From: the human T2T-CHM13v2.0 reference genome, Homo sapiens
Reading direction: 5' to 3' (one strand)
Assembly (NCBI RefSeq): GCF_009914755.1
Contig: NC_060933.1
Length of the DNA: 64,000 nt
Below are positions 41,141 to 57,302 of the stretch, one piece after another. Numbering within the stretch: position 1 is the first letter of the stretch; each line of letters begins with the position of its first letter. The translations under genes and the position numbers were made by a program. The notes beneath the pieces are model-generated. The model ran no database searches, was not told the origin of the DNA, and saw only the letters and a program-made list of their open reading frames with translations.

Positions 41141-42103
41141 AATAATTCAATAATATGCAGTAGATTAAAAAAATAAACACAACTTGATGTCTAACTACTG
41201 TGGATATATTTTGTCATTTATTAACATTCCCCTTTCAGGTTAATATCAAGTCAACAAAAATTTGGAGTTCTCTTGACCCTTTCCCCAATGTGTAAATTAG
41301 TAATATAATGTCAATATTCAGACAGGCAAATAAACTAAGCTCCCTTTGATGAAAACGACATGCAGTAACGCTTCCCTACTGAGAATCATCTTAGTTTGTG
41401 AAATCATAATCTGGAATGGCTATATCTGCAAAATACATTAAAAGAAAGAAAATATGAAAAACATAATCTACAATACTTTTATGTATATCTAATCATTTTA
41501 TATTTCTTTTTTATTATACTACTTGAAATACATACATAAAGGATAAAGAGTTTCAACAAATCTCAAAAAGGAAACCTAATTATGTATAATATTCTGACTG
41601 ATTTTGTTTGCTTACCAAATTGAAATTGAAAAGAAAAAATACAGCACTCTATAAAAAAATAAAATGATTTCAAAATATAATTATTGTCTCCCTTTGAAAA
41701 TATAAATGTTTAAATAATGGTGAAATAGAGAACATAAACATTCACAAATATTACATATCCATTCAACATTTTCAGGTATTATTTTGTTTTGTTCAAACCT
41801 CCCCTTCTGTCATTTTTCTCTCCTTTCTTTATCTTTAGCATAACTGAGCTGCTTTCCAAACATCTATAGTTATACCGGACATAGCATTTTCCAACATCAA
41901 ACATGGTTTTTCTTAAACACCAGTTCCAAATATTAATTCCCAGGGAAAATGACATTTTCCATATATGAGAAATATTGGAACCAATATAACAAAACTCATT
42001 AACATTTATAACATTTGAAAATAATTTCACAAAAGTTTTATTTAAAAAAATTTTATTGTAAATTTATGTAAGAAATTCTCTATCCATTACATGACTTGTA
42101 TAA

Positions 42104-42518
<415 letters not shown>

Positions 42519-43808
42519 GAATATTTTTTGATCTATAGAGATTATATATCGGCATGCTGGCATTGGCTTTTATTACAGAATAAGCATTTTAATCTTCATT
42601 CACTCTCATCAATTCATTATAGAAACCAGCTTAAAAAAAAAGACCACCACTTGTAGAAAACAGTTAATATTTCGATGGTTTACCTGGAAGTTTACTGGGC
42701 ATAAATTTATAAAATACATTTATGGATGGAAATAAACTGTTTTACTAAACAATATTACAGAATTCTGAATAGATGCTGATTAAGCAGCAAATCAACAAAA
42801 CTGTTTATTTACCAGTTTGGTGGCTATTATGCTAATTAGATCATCTGTTTAAAATGTGTCCATATGGACAATTTTTCTGTAAATGTTTTCTTTATCTCCA
42901 CATTGTGTGGTAGTATTTTCATAGAACCAAGTAGAAATTAACTTAAAAATTAGTTATTTAAAGATGACAATAGAAGGTTTTGAACTTTGAGTTCCAAAAG
43001 GCAAGCAAATATTTCTGAAATAAAATATATTATATATATTTAATTTCTAATTTAATTTACATATAAAATATTTTTAAAATTCATGTGAATTTGAGATATT
43101 TTCACATTGATTGGACTGTTTTTGTACCTCATTTTGCTTGGTCACACTAAAGTGAGATTCATCATCTTGTGGCACCAAAGGAAAACTAGTGTGATTATAA
43201 GGAAATTATTACAGTTAGACAACTGTGCATTAATTTCATCATTAAGGACCAAACATGTATACAGATATAAATACTTTTCTCAATACATTACTTGCAACAT
43301 ATGCACAATTATGTAACAATTATGGTGAACTAAGTCTCCTAGAAATTTCCAAAATATTTTTTTTGCCTTTTTTTAACCTCTAAATCCATATAAATCAAGG
43401 GAAAATATTCTTGCACATATGTATATTTAAACATGAACCTAACCAAAAGTAAGAGAAATTTGAAAAAGTATAACATATCAAAATGTGGAAATTTCTGTGT
43501 TTAGGGAAAAATCTATCCCATTAAGAGCTTGCATTAGAAAAGAAAAATTACCTTGAAATTATGATGAAAGCTTCCAACTTGTTATTATAAAAATGAGAAC
43601 AAATTAATTCTGAAGCAATCAGAAAGAAGAAAATAATAAAGGTTAATGAAGAAATAAACAACATTAAATGGAGAAAAATTATATAGCTAAGTAAATTAAA
43701 CTAAATTTAGATCTTTGAAGGGATCAATAAAATTGTTAAATCTCTGGCCAGACTATGGAGAAAATAATAGGAAATAAATAATTTACAAATTTTAAGAATG
43801 ACAGAAGT

Positions 43809-44111
43809 GGCTGGGGGTGGTGGCTCATGCCTGTGATCCCAGCACTTTGGGAGGCCGAGGCAGGCGGATCGTTTGAGGTCAGGAGTTCCAGACCAGCCTG
43901 GCCAACATAGTGAAGCCCTGTCTCTACTAAAAATACAAAAATTAGCCGAGCGTGATGGCGCATGCCTGTATTCCCAGCTACTCGGGAGGCTGAGGCACAA
44001 GAATTGCTTGAAGCTGGGAGGTGGAATTTGCAGTGAGTAGAGATGAGGCCACTGCACTCAAGCCCGGGCGACAGAACGGGACTCTGTCTCAAAACAAATA
44101 AACAACAAAAA
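43809..44111 (+). mobile_element. Alu (AluSx/Sz-like)
   Basis: Full dimer. TSD AAGAATGA(C/T)AGAAGT at 43794 and 44112. Confidence 0.95.
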
Positions 44112-44412
44112 AAGAATGATAGAAGTAACATTTCCATTGTCCTACAACAGTTTAAGGATAACTAAATGAATACCATGATGAAATTTATAAATGTAAATTA
44201 GTTAATTTAGATTAAGTGTATAAATCCCTCAAAAGATACAAACTAAGGCAAACTCAAAAAGAAAGCAATAAAATGCACATCCCTATATATCTGTTTTAAA
44301 TTTATTAATACCCACCTAGATAAACGAACTGACAAATTTTACTAATATTTAAGGAGATATAATTTATACATTACACAAAAGTTTAAGAAATAAAAAAGAG
44401 GAAACACTTTTC

Positions 44413-45679
<1,267 letters not shown>

Positions 45680-46259
45680 TGAGTCTACCGTTATCCCCAT
45701 ACCAAAACCATAAAACAGACATTACAAGAAAATGTCCTGTAGACAAATATGTATTTTGATGATGAATTTAGATTTCAAAAACTTCAGCAAAATATTATCC
45801 AATTAAATCCTCTCATGTATGTGTGTGTATGTGTGTGCATGCACGTGTGTTTGTAAAATATATCATTACTAATTGGCGTTTATCTTGGGAGTTCAAGATG
45901 GTTTCCATATTCAATCAACCCATCAATGTGGACTATGGTCACTTGAAAAGACCAGCAAATCCTCTGCACAAAAGGCCACTAGAAATTCATTAAAGCAGCC
46001 TTCCATCATTCTCGAAATTGACCAAAGCATTCAACTACCTGAGAAATATTTATGTTTGGAAAGCTATTGAAATGCAATTAAAAATATCAGGAAACCTGTT
46101 TTTACCTTTTGTCCTAATCTTGCTAAATCCTTCTTAATTTTAGGAGACACTGCTTCTCCTTCCACTGTTCTTTTACTTTCTCCTTCCCCTTTGTTTTTGC
46201 CTCCCCCTTCCTCTCCCTTTTCTACATTCCTTCTCTCTCCTAAATGCTGTATAAATTTC

Positions 46260-46920
46260 TCCATATGTAATCATATTATTTACAAATAGGAACAGTTTTA
46301 CTTATTTCTTTCCAGTCTGCATTTATTTTATTCTTCCTTTTTTTCCTTACACACTGGATAGAACTCTAAGTATTATGTTGAAAAAGAGTGATAAAAGCAA
46401 ACATCTTTGCTTTATTCCTGAGCATACATGTGGAAAACATTCAGTGTTTCACAGCTAAATATGATGGATTTTTTGTATGCTCTTTATCAAGATGAAGGAA
46501 TTTTCTGCTATTTCTGGTTTGCTGAATTTTTATCACAAGTAACTGTTGAATAGTGTCTTTTTCCCCTGCATTTATTGAACTGATCATGCATTCTCCTATT
46601 TTAGAATATTAATATGATGAACTATATTATTAGATTTTTTAAAATATTGCAACTGTCTTGCATTTCTGGAATAAACATGGCTTGGTCATGTGTCACTTTT
46701 TTACATAGTGTCGTATTCAAGTTGTCGAGGATTTTGCATCTAGGGTATATTTGTAGATTTGCATCTAGGTTATGTTGGTCTAAAGTTTTGTTTGTTTGTT
46801 TTCCTTTTCTTTTTTTTTATCATCTTTGTCTTCTTCTGTTTAAGTGTCATGCTTGCTTCATAAAATGAATTGAGAAGCATTTCTTCCTCTTCTGTTTCTC
46901 GAAAATTGTAGAGAACTCTT
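46260..46920 (-). mobile_element. Ancient L1M ORF2 fragment
   Basis: Peptide ETEEEEMLLNSFYEASMTL in ORF 46770-47006. Confidence 0.7.
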
Positions 46921-48329
46921 GTTTTTTGTTGTTGTTTGTTTGTTGTTTTGTTTTTTCTTATTTTTATCCTCATACTGAGAACCAAACAGTCTGGAGTGTA
47001 AAACATGGTTCCTCATTCCAGTTAAATCTAGTATACAATGACAACAACCCTCTTGGGTTAAGCATTGGCCTACAAACAGAAAAAAACCTTCAGGGAGATA
47101 GATGCTGATCTAGGCATTGTGAGAAAAGCTGAATTCATTTTTAATCATGAATGGCTTTTAAGGAAAGAAGATTTATTAACTAAAATAAATAGATTAGAGG
47201 GAATTCTCACCTATGAGAGAGGAAGGGATGGGATTCAACCTGGAAAAAGTAATGAAGTTTTAGTGAACTTGGTAAGGTAGACTCAACAATTAATGATGGA
47301 TAATGCTAGGACCCAACACTGGTAATGAGTTTGTATTATGACTCAATAGCATCACTTTATCACTTTAACACAGATGGAGGCCTAAATAACCATAGGGTAA
47401 TGGTTCTTCTTAGATGCAGAAGGACACATTTATATAATCTTAGGGACCCCATCTCTGAGGTCACTCATAATTTATATTAATTCATTGTTATTGCCATTGC
47501 CCCAAGAATAGATAAGGATAAGACATCCTGTAGTACAGGTAGCAGAGATATAAACTATTCTTATTCTTGTGTCTTGTCTATAGGAAGGGAGTGTATCCTG
47601 GTGTAAGACAGCATATAGTAGAGACCATTGTCAATTAGGGCCTGTGAACTAAGACAGGGTGACTGGCTAAGTCCACGACCCATTAGAAACCCAGAAATAA
47701 TCAAATCATGGTGAGTAGTAATAACACTTATTTATAATACTATACGGTATAAAGACAAGAACCAATTATGTTGAGTAGCTGTAACAAATAGCTCTATCAT
47801 TCGTAATAACTTTTTCTGTAATAAAACTGAATTGTAACATGATCATACTGCAATATGACATTACACTAGCATTGTTGGTAAGATTCAACTATCTTATGTA
47901 GAGAAGTTATATAATGCTTATATTGATAATCAAATGTATTAAGATATTGAGTTAAAGCCTCTTCAGAATGTAATCTGGGTGAATAATAAATGGCCTGAGA
48001 AAACAGAATTCAGCTAACCATTATCTAATTTCAATGCTAAATAGTTCTGCACAGATTTATCAAAAAGTAAAAATAAAAGCAGATTGAGAGGAGGAATGAG
48101 TAATTTTGTTTGTACAAAATATTAAAGTGTATGTAATGGGCTTGTAGGATGCATTAGTAATTTTTAAAAATCAATCTTTACCCTACACTGTGTCCATAAA
48201 ATGCTAGGCATATTCATGTTAATATTACTGTTGTTACTGTCATATAAATGCCATATTCAATGTAGATGCTCAGAAAAATATGGTTGTTTTGCTACAGGAG
48301 AGATTAGACCAGGGACAATAAATATGGAT

Positions 48330-48992
48330 TAGGCAAGAATGTGTTAACTCAGCAGCCCAGGGTTTTTTCAACCCTGCACATTCAAAGGTAAGGTTTGTTT
48401 TTAGGACTAGCTAGCCTCTGAGTTCTGGAAATAGTCTTACCGTGAAGAGTGTTTTTGTATATCTGAGGCCTTGGGTTTATGGTGAATGACTGACTTTATA
48501 TGCCTGAGGCCCTGAGCCATGCTGTATTTATTTGAACCATGTGGTATCAATTTAACCAGATACGTTTATTCTAAGATATGATTTATGCTGAATGCCTGGT
48601 TTTGTTCTAGAGGGATCATGGAAAGGAAGCTGAATTTGCCAAGTTTTGCCACTTGGGCATTGCATGCCTATGTGATTAACCACCAATAAAAACCTGGGAC
48701 ATCAAAGAATAAATAAGCTGCTCTAATTGCCAAGAATTCACATGTGGTTGTATGCAGCTTTACTGGGAGACTGAAGTGTATCTGCATGTGATTCTGCTGT
48801 GATGGACACTTGTAAGTTTGTGCCTGGAGTCTCCTGGACTTTGCCCTGAGAATCTTTTTCCTTTGTTGATACGACTCTGCATCCTTTTGTTTTAATAAAC
48901 TGTAAACATGAGTATAATTGCTTCTCTGAGTTCTGAGAGTTTTTTAAATAAATAATCAAAGCTGAAGAGCAATGGAGACCCCCACCAAAACA
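48330..48992 (+). mobile_element. MER21-group LTR (MER77/MER68-like)
   Basis: GTTAACTCAGCAG...CATGCCTATGTGATTAACCACCAATAAAAACC...AATAAACTGTAAACATGAGTATAATTGCTTCTCTGAGTTCTG. Confidence 0.7.
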
Positions 48993-50358
48993 TCTTTACA
49001 CATTTCAATTTTGTATTGAAGTAAATTTTATTTTCTTTTTTATACCTCCCATATATATTCTATTTTTCTCATTATTATTTATTTTATCCCAAATCTTTTA
49101 TCTGTGATCATTTTCCTTTGTTTGAAATTTGTCTTTTGACGTTTCTTTGGAAGGTGCTTTTGGATGATAAATTTTCTGTTATTCTTTGTCTAAAATGTCA
49201 TTATTTTGACTCATTTATAAAAGGAGTTTTTGTGTTTTATAAACCTCTAATGTATAGAAGTGTGTCTAAACTCATTGAGGATATTTTCCAAATTTTTTCC
49301 TACTTTTTGTTGCTGTTGATAAGAAGTCAGTGTTGGTATTTTGACATTTAAGTTATGTGTCATTTTGTTGTGGTAGTTCTGAAGATCTTCCCTCTGTTTT
49401 ATATTCTCCTTCACCTTTCATAAATGTACTTTATATTTATTTGGTAATAAATTTTGAACATATACTATGCTATAAAGATAATCTAGGCCCTTTGGTTACA
49501 TCTTGTAAATAAAATCAACAAAATCTGTTTTGAGATTATATTGTAATATAAGATACCCAAAGTAACTAGGATGTGTACCATATGTTTGAAGGTGGTAAAT
49601 ACGATGAGAAAAATAGATCAGGTCAGGAAGAATGAAGATGATTGAAGGTACAGTTTATGATGAAAACTTAGGTGTGCCGAGGAATGATTCATCTTATGTA
49701 TCTTGAGTGTAATGTCTTATTTCTCCTGAATCTGAGAATTTGATGTCTTTCATTAGGGATGTCAGTAAATCTCACTAATGAATATATTAGACTCCAGTTT
49801 AATATATGATAGTCATTTTCATTCTGTCTTTCATATCACTGAATCCTTTCTCTTTATTGTTCATTTTTATACATCTCTTAATAGTCAAAGTGAATTTAAC
49901 TATGTTTTACGTTATGTGGTTATTCTCACTTTAGCTATCTCTAACATATTATGAATGTGTCAGTTGTGTGTTTACCGTTGTTTGAATTAAACTTTTAAAT
50001 CATTCATTTTAATTCTTACTTAATTCAAACTTGTTTGTTATACATTCTTATAATTCCAGTATCTGGAGTCTTTCTTCATGTGATTCTTTTATCTCCTTGT
50101 TTTCCTCCTATATTCTTTTCATGCACCATCTTTCTCTGTGTGTTTTGTTTTGTTTTACTGTCAATTCCTAACTAATAGAAGTATATTTATGCAAATAATT
50201 TTAGGATAGAATTGAAATAGGTTTCCCAAAAGGATTATATAAATTTGTTTGTACCAAGGGCCCAGGGTTATAAACAGAATGAGATCACTTTAAATTTCTG
50301 TCTTGAGGATTTTCAAGTTACACAGGTCATATTAGTGAGAACCCCAGAAAAGGGCATT

Positions 50359-51160
50359 CTTTTTTTTTTTTTATATTTCACTTTACGTCCTGGAATACAT
50401 GTGCAGAACGTACAGGTTTGTTACATAGGTATACATGTGCCATGGTTGTTTGCTGCACCTATCAACCCGTCATCTAGGTTTTAAGCCCCACATGCAGGTA
50501 TTTGTCTTAATGCTCTCCCTCCCCTTGCCCTCCACCCCCAACAGGTCCCGGTGTGTAATGTTCCTCTCCCTGTGTCCATGTGCAGAACCTGCAGTTTTGT
50601 TACATAGGTATACATGTGCCATGGTGGTTTGCTTCACCCTTCAACTCGTCACCTACATTAGGTATTTCTCCTAATGTTATCCTTCCCCTAGGCCCCCGCC
50701 CCCTACAGCCCCTCCCTGATGATCCCCTCCCTGTGACCATGTGTTCTCATTGTTCAACTCCCACTTATGAAAACATGTGGTGTTTGGTTTTCCTGTGTTA
50801 GTCTGCTGAGAGGGATGGCTTCCAGCTTCATCCATGTCCCTGCAAAGGACACAAACTCATCCTTTTTTATGGCTGCATAGTATTCCATGGTGTATATGTG
50901 CCACATTTTCTTTATCCAGTCTATCATTGATGGACATTTGGGTTGGTTCCAAGTCTTTGCTATTGTAAATAGTGCTGCAATAAACATACGTGTGCCTGTG
51001 TCTTTAGAGTAGAATAATTTATAATCCTTTGAGTATATACCCAGTAATAAGATTGCTGGCTCAAATGGTATTTCTAGTTCTAGATCCTTGAGGAATCACC
51101 ATACTGTCTTCCACAATGGTTGAACTAATTTACACTCCCACCAATAGTGTAAGAGTGTTC
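50359..51160 (-). mobile_element. Composite L1PA 3' ends (L1PA8-like tip fused to L1PA7-like 3' segment)
   Basis: The 3' UTR restarts at CATGTG (50577-50582). First part has TCTAGGTTTTAAGCCCC; second has CACCTACATTAGGTATTTCTCCTAATGTTATCC. Confidence 0.85.
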
Positions 51161-51453
51161 TCTTACTACACTTCCAATTTGGCTGGACTTTGAACTTTGT
51201 CTCTGGTCCCCTGCTTTTTACAGTCCCAAGAAACATGGCCTCATCCTTATCAGGACCAGAGAATGCTCTCAAGGTAAAACCTTAATTTTCATAAAATTGT
51301 TGTCTTCTTGCCTGATAATTGTGACACTAAAGCAAGATTTTTTTAATGTTTCAACCAACTTTTAAGAATTATTTTAGTGGTAGGACTGAGCCAGGTTTCT
51401 AATCCACACTACTGCAGATAAAAAAATGACAAAAGGTAACTTTCAAAAATAGA

Positions 51454-51765
<312 letters not shown>

Positions 51766-53432
51766 TCATCTTTTTTCATGAAAGATTTATTATACATTCT
51801 AAATAAAATGGAGATAGAAAGTTAGCATTTGAACTTTAAAGTTGTTAGCATAAGGAGCAATGAAAACTAAATTTCTCCTGGGAGTTACTCATTTTTCTGG
51901 GTTGTAAATGAATGCCATATTATTTTTTGATGTTTAATGTAAAATATTATTGACTGTAATAATCCAATATGATCTAGGATATTCAGTCTTACACAACATA
52001 GGGATACAGTATAGGTTGATGTACATCCAAAATTATAACACACTTTGTTCAAACACAATGCATATTACATTTTCCTGTAGCTCAAATCTGTGTTATCTGT
52101 ATTATTAAGAGATATAAGGAGAGGATTCAAAATAATAGCTGAAGAATTCTCATTAATTTTATGAATCTAGTAGATCAAAATGTTACTCTAACATTAATAA
52201 TTTCATAATACAGACTGTGAGGCTTACATAAATCTGTTTCAAAAAATGTATAGCACTCTTTAGCTTTCATGTTGTAAGACATTCAGAATATAATCCAAAA
52301 TAAAGTTGTAATAAATTATTGCATTTTAATGAGTATTTTAACATAAAATGTGAGTTTGGGATTATTATAAATCCAAAGACACATAAACTCAGTTTCTAAA
52401 AGATATGATTGAGGGGAAATCATGATTTATTATATCTTCATTTTATCAAAAAAAGACACAGTTATTATTTATAATAAAAATGATTACAATGCACACATAC
52501 TCTTTTGTGAGTTGCCACAGAATTTTCTATTACCAAAACCTGTCAAGTTCAACACATGTTTAGAATATGTATAAATAAAGGTTGATCTGTGATATTAGAT
52601 ATTATCAAATAAAAAATATTCTTATTGAAAAAAATGTGATTCCTTATGACAACTTCAGGGCATCTTCTATTTGCCCCCTGTCATCAACAGGGGAAATTTT
52701 CTTTCCTACATTTCTCACTAATCATTTCTGACAAGTAGTTGGCAAGCTTAACTATAAAGGGTCGTCCATAGGGTTCTAGGTCAACCTTACCCTTTGGGAA
52801 GAAAGTATACATGATGTCTATGAATAAAGGCCCTCCAACAAAGGAAAAGGACAATGCTTTACATAGTGTGTGCATAATCATTTTTCAACATAATTAGCTT
52901 ATTTGTGACATGATTTTACTGTCATTGCAGGTGTTTGACATGACCCACGCTTTTTCTTTGTGCCAAGAAATACAATGGTTTTGTATTACATTAATACTTT
53001 AGATCATCTATAATATGAGTCAGGTTTGGTTAAAAAATATATAAAAATAAAAATCTCAGTTCTATTTAAAATACTAATGAAAATATCTTACCAAAGTAAG
53101 ACATTAGCAATGCATTATCTGTCACTTGATATTTTGTGTGTTTGCTCATTTCAACAAGGGAGAGAGAATTAGAAAATTGGAAGAAAAATATTTAAGTAAT
53201 TCTTGTAAAATTAATATACATATTAAATATCATGAAGGGTAGAAACAGAGTTAACATTTAAAATGTTTATAACTAATGTGTAAATTTAATTGAAAGCCAA
53301 CTGATTGCTCTGAATTTTTATGAGGAATAATCACAATTGTACAGAAAATAACTGACACCGAAAGTATCTACCTTTTCACATTTAAATGCAAGTGACTTTT
53401 TGTTCATTCATTCAAAAATTATGGATTATTAT

Positions 53433-53772
53433 ACTTTAGCTTAAATGTTTGTCTCCCCTCTAAAAGCCATTTTGAAACTTAATCCTCAATGCAATAGTAT
53501 TAAGAAGTCAGGCCTTTAGGAGTAATTAGGCCATGAGGACTCTGTACTCATAGATGGGATTAGTGCATTACAAAAGGGCTGAAGGGAACTAGCTAATGTA
53601 AGGACACAGCATTCAAGTTACCATTTTAGAAGCAGAAACTGGGACCTCACTTGGTGCCAAACCTGCCAGAACCATGGTTTTGAACTTTTCAGCCTCCTGG
53701 ACTGTGAGAAACAAGTTTCTGTTCTTATCAGTCTCAGCTATTTTGTTACAGAAGCACAAGCGAACTGAGACC
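53433..53772 (+). mobile_element. MaLR solo LTR (MSTD-like)
   Basis: TTGAAACTTAATCCTCAATGCAATAGTATTAAGA...CAGCCTCCTGGACTGTGAGAAACAAGTTTCTGTTC. Confidence 0.75.
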
Positions 53773-55380
53773 TGAGATGGGAGTGTTTATGTGCTAGGTA
53801 TGGAGCTAATTTCTGAATAAATAAAGATGAATACATTCTATGACCTCATCATCTAGTGCCTGTTACAGTCATGCAGTGGATATTTTTTCTTGCCTTCTTA
53901 TTACTCATTTTTGCTCTCCTCACTAAATATTGAGGAAAACATGAATGCATCATCAGTTTTTCCACTGATACAACTGTTTAAGAAGTACATATGACATTAT
54001 ATTTTTTCTTTCTGTATTCTGTAGACTTACCTGTAAAGTCTAAGGCTAACATTGACTTTATGCTAATTAGTACTGTGTTCATTTCAGATGTGTAATATGC
54101 CTTGTACAAATATAAATAGATAAAACATTAAAGGTGCTACTACTCAAAACACACAGGGAATAAAATATTCTATTTGAAACATCAACATAGAGTTTACACT
54201 GAGGGAAATTTTTATTCATTAGTTTAAATGGGGCAAAATACAATAAATATTATTTGGTTAAAATAGAGAAAGTTAAGTGGAAAGATGAAATGATGAAGAG
54301 CGCAGAGAAAATTGTTCAGTTTGCATACAAATTGGGAAATTAACACCTAACCTGCCTAGGTAGAATTTCATAGCGTTAACTAAAATAATTACTTAAACTT
54401 ACAAGATTTATTAGAAAAATATGAATAGAAAAATAAAATGCATTGTTGCATTTTATGTAATTTTACTTGAACTTAGTTTATAACATGTACATAGATTAAG
54501 TTGATTTAAATATTTTATGTACAAAAAACTATATTGTTGAAGATTCTAAGAGCTTAAAACTAAAATACAAGATAAACATTTACTTTACAAAAATAGTAAA
54601 TAAGATGAAGAATTTGAAAGAATTTAAGAATTAATTTCAGTTTCTTTTCCAAAATGTATGTGGTTAGCCTACAATGCTTTTACAATCTGTTATTTTATGA
54701 GTATGAATATTGATTTTATTATTACCTAAACATGTATTATTTTTAAAGTATGGCAAAAGAATTAAAGTTCTATAGTTTGACAAAGCTGTAAAGCAGATCA
54801 ATCCTTTGACAGCTTAATGAATAAAACATGCATGTAGTTGACACTAATTCATTTAATAAACATTTGTAGAACATATATGTGTAAGAAATTGTGCTAAGGA
54901 GATGAATGGCACATTAAAATAAGAAGACAAGTTTCCAGATACTAAGGAGTTTATGTAACTGTAAGGTACATAAAACAATACAAATGAAAAGGCTAAAATA
55001 AGTCAGAAAATGAAGGGAAGAAAACAAATATCCATATTAAGTATACATAATATCTCAAATATTCTTTAAGATGTCTTAAATAGATTTTAATATTTAATCC
55101 TAATGACAGGATAATCTGATTTATTACAGACGATATAATTGAGGCTAATACAAATCTGTTGACTTTAAATTTTCAAAGTCTTCCTGAATTATTTGACTGT
55201 ATAATATTTTGGTAAACATAAATAAGTGGATACTAATGCATTGAAACAGAAACAGAATACTGTTCAAGAAATAGAAAAAAATGAAACAATAGAAAAGATC
55301 AAATTTGTAGTATGACTACAATTTAAGATTTAATAAAGACAAAAATAGAAACCAATATGTAGTTAGGATAGAAAAAAGTA

Positions 55381-55713
55381 CAGTGGACCCTCCATATCCA
55401 TAGGTTCTGCATGTGTGGATTCAACCACCCATGGATCAAAAATATTTGGAAAAACATTTATGAAAAAGTGAACACATATGGAATTCTGCCTTGTCATTAT
55501 CCCCTAAAGAACACACTATAACTACCTACATAACATTTACATTGTACTTGGTATCATAAGAAATCTAGAGATGATTTAAAGTATGTGACAGTGTGGATGT
55601 AGGTGTATAAAATACTATTATACATCATTTTATGGAAGGGTCTTGAGCATCTGTAGATTTTTGTGTCTGAGGGTTCCTAGAACCAGTACCCCACAAATAC
55701 AGGGGAACAACTG
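55381..55713. mobile_element. MER2 (TcMar-Tigger) non-autonomous DNA transposon
   Basis: TA|CAGTGGACCCTCCATATCC...GGGGAACAACTG|TA terminal inverted repeats with TA TSDs. Confidence 0.9.
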
Positions 55714-56060
55714 TAATGAGTTCCTAGTAAACTAGGCTGAAGTATTATAACTGTACACAAAATAATTTAAGGCAGAATGATTAAATAATATATAGCAGTA
55801 TGTATAAGAAGTGAAGATAATTGAAAATTAAATTGATAGGAAAGACATGACAAATATAATGAAATCAATGGAAAAGTTAAAACTTTAGCAAGATGTACAA
55901 GCAAGGATTGGGTAGATTTCATCTGAAAGATGTAATTTCTAATGACAAAGTACTTTAATAGTCTAGCCTAATATTTTATTGTACCTTAAAACTTCCCTCT
56001 GGCTCATTCTGGTCTTATCACACCAGCTTTCTTATGGCTTCTTTTATCTGCCAAGAATTA

Positions 56061-56302
56061 TGCTCTGGTCTAATTGACCTCCCCAAATTTGTATATTAAA
56101 ATTCTCACCACCAAGGTGATAATATTAAAAAATGGGCAATTTGGTAGGTGACTGGATCATGGGAGTGGAGCCCTTATGAAAGGTGTCAGAGAGACCCCTC
56201 CCTCTTCCACCATGTGAGGTTAGACTGAGAAATACATCTCTGTGGTTTATAAGCTGCTCAGTCTATGGCATTTTGTTATAGCAGCCCATGCTAATGAATA
56301 CA
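56061..56302 (+). mobile_element. MLT1A-type LTR, internally deleted
   Basis: GGATCATGGGAGTGGAGCCCTTATGAA...GTCTATGGCATTTTGTTATAGCAGCCC. Confidence 0.7.
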
Positions 56303-57280
56303 GATGACCGTGTGTCTGCAGACCTTCCTAGGAAATTATTGAGTCCTTCATTGAATACTAAACTGTGAATACATGAGAGAAAATAACAGAAGCCTGGGGT
56401 AAAATGCCAACACAAAGAGTTTGAAGAACAATTCTCAAAGCTCAAGAAAACTCTGCAAATATTATTGTTGCCACAAACCAAAGTAGAAGACAGGGTAATA
56501 TATGAGCTATTAGGTAGAATCTTTGGAAGAATCCTGCTTTTGTGATGGAACTCACTCATTCCTAAACCTAAAGCAACTCTACATCTTCTCTAAGAAAATT
56601 TTATAGCAATCTCTAAAAGCATCAAACTGATTCCAAATAATTTAACTGTGTTTGAGAACAAAATACAAATATACAAAAGGAATTCAACAAAATCCATCAC
56701 ATAACAATATAGAATTCACAATATCTGGTTTTGATGAACATAATAATTAGTGTTGAAACATGTTAATTCATTTGTAAAAAATATGCTTTATTTTTTCAAA
56801 TAAGATGGGAAAATATGTATATTATGAGAAAATAAAAATGGAAGAAATAAAAACAAGCAGACTCCTAAAACAGAAAAAATAAGTATATTAGATTAAAAAT
56901 GTATGAATAAATTTAACAGCACTTTAACCATTGTAGAAAAAATACCAGTGATTTTGATAACATAACAATATAAACTATCCAAAACAGAAAACATAGACAC
57001 ATTTGAAAAAACAACCACACTGTGTTGGACAATATCAAGCAGCATAATACAAGAAGAGATGGAGTCCCAGAAGAACACTGAGTGGATGTATGTGTGTGAG
57101 TATGTGGTAGGGAAGAACAAAACCAAAAATACGAAGAAATGATTGCCAAAATGTTATTAGAATCACAAATAAAGACAAAATGGCAAGGTAAACTATTGTC
57201 TAATTTCTGAAAATCAGTGATAAAGAGAAAAATCTTAAAAGGCATCAGAGATGACAAAATAATCCACATCAAAAGAAATA

Positions 57281-57302
57281 CACACACACACACACACACA
57301 CA
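57281..57302. repeat. (CA)11 microsatellite
   Basis: Direct count. Confidence 0.95.

Noticed and set aside
46975-47900. Possible ERV internal sequence next to the MER21-group LTR
   Set aside because: Could not assign a family or a retroviral motif by eye.
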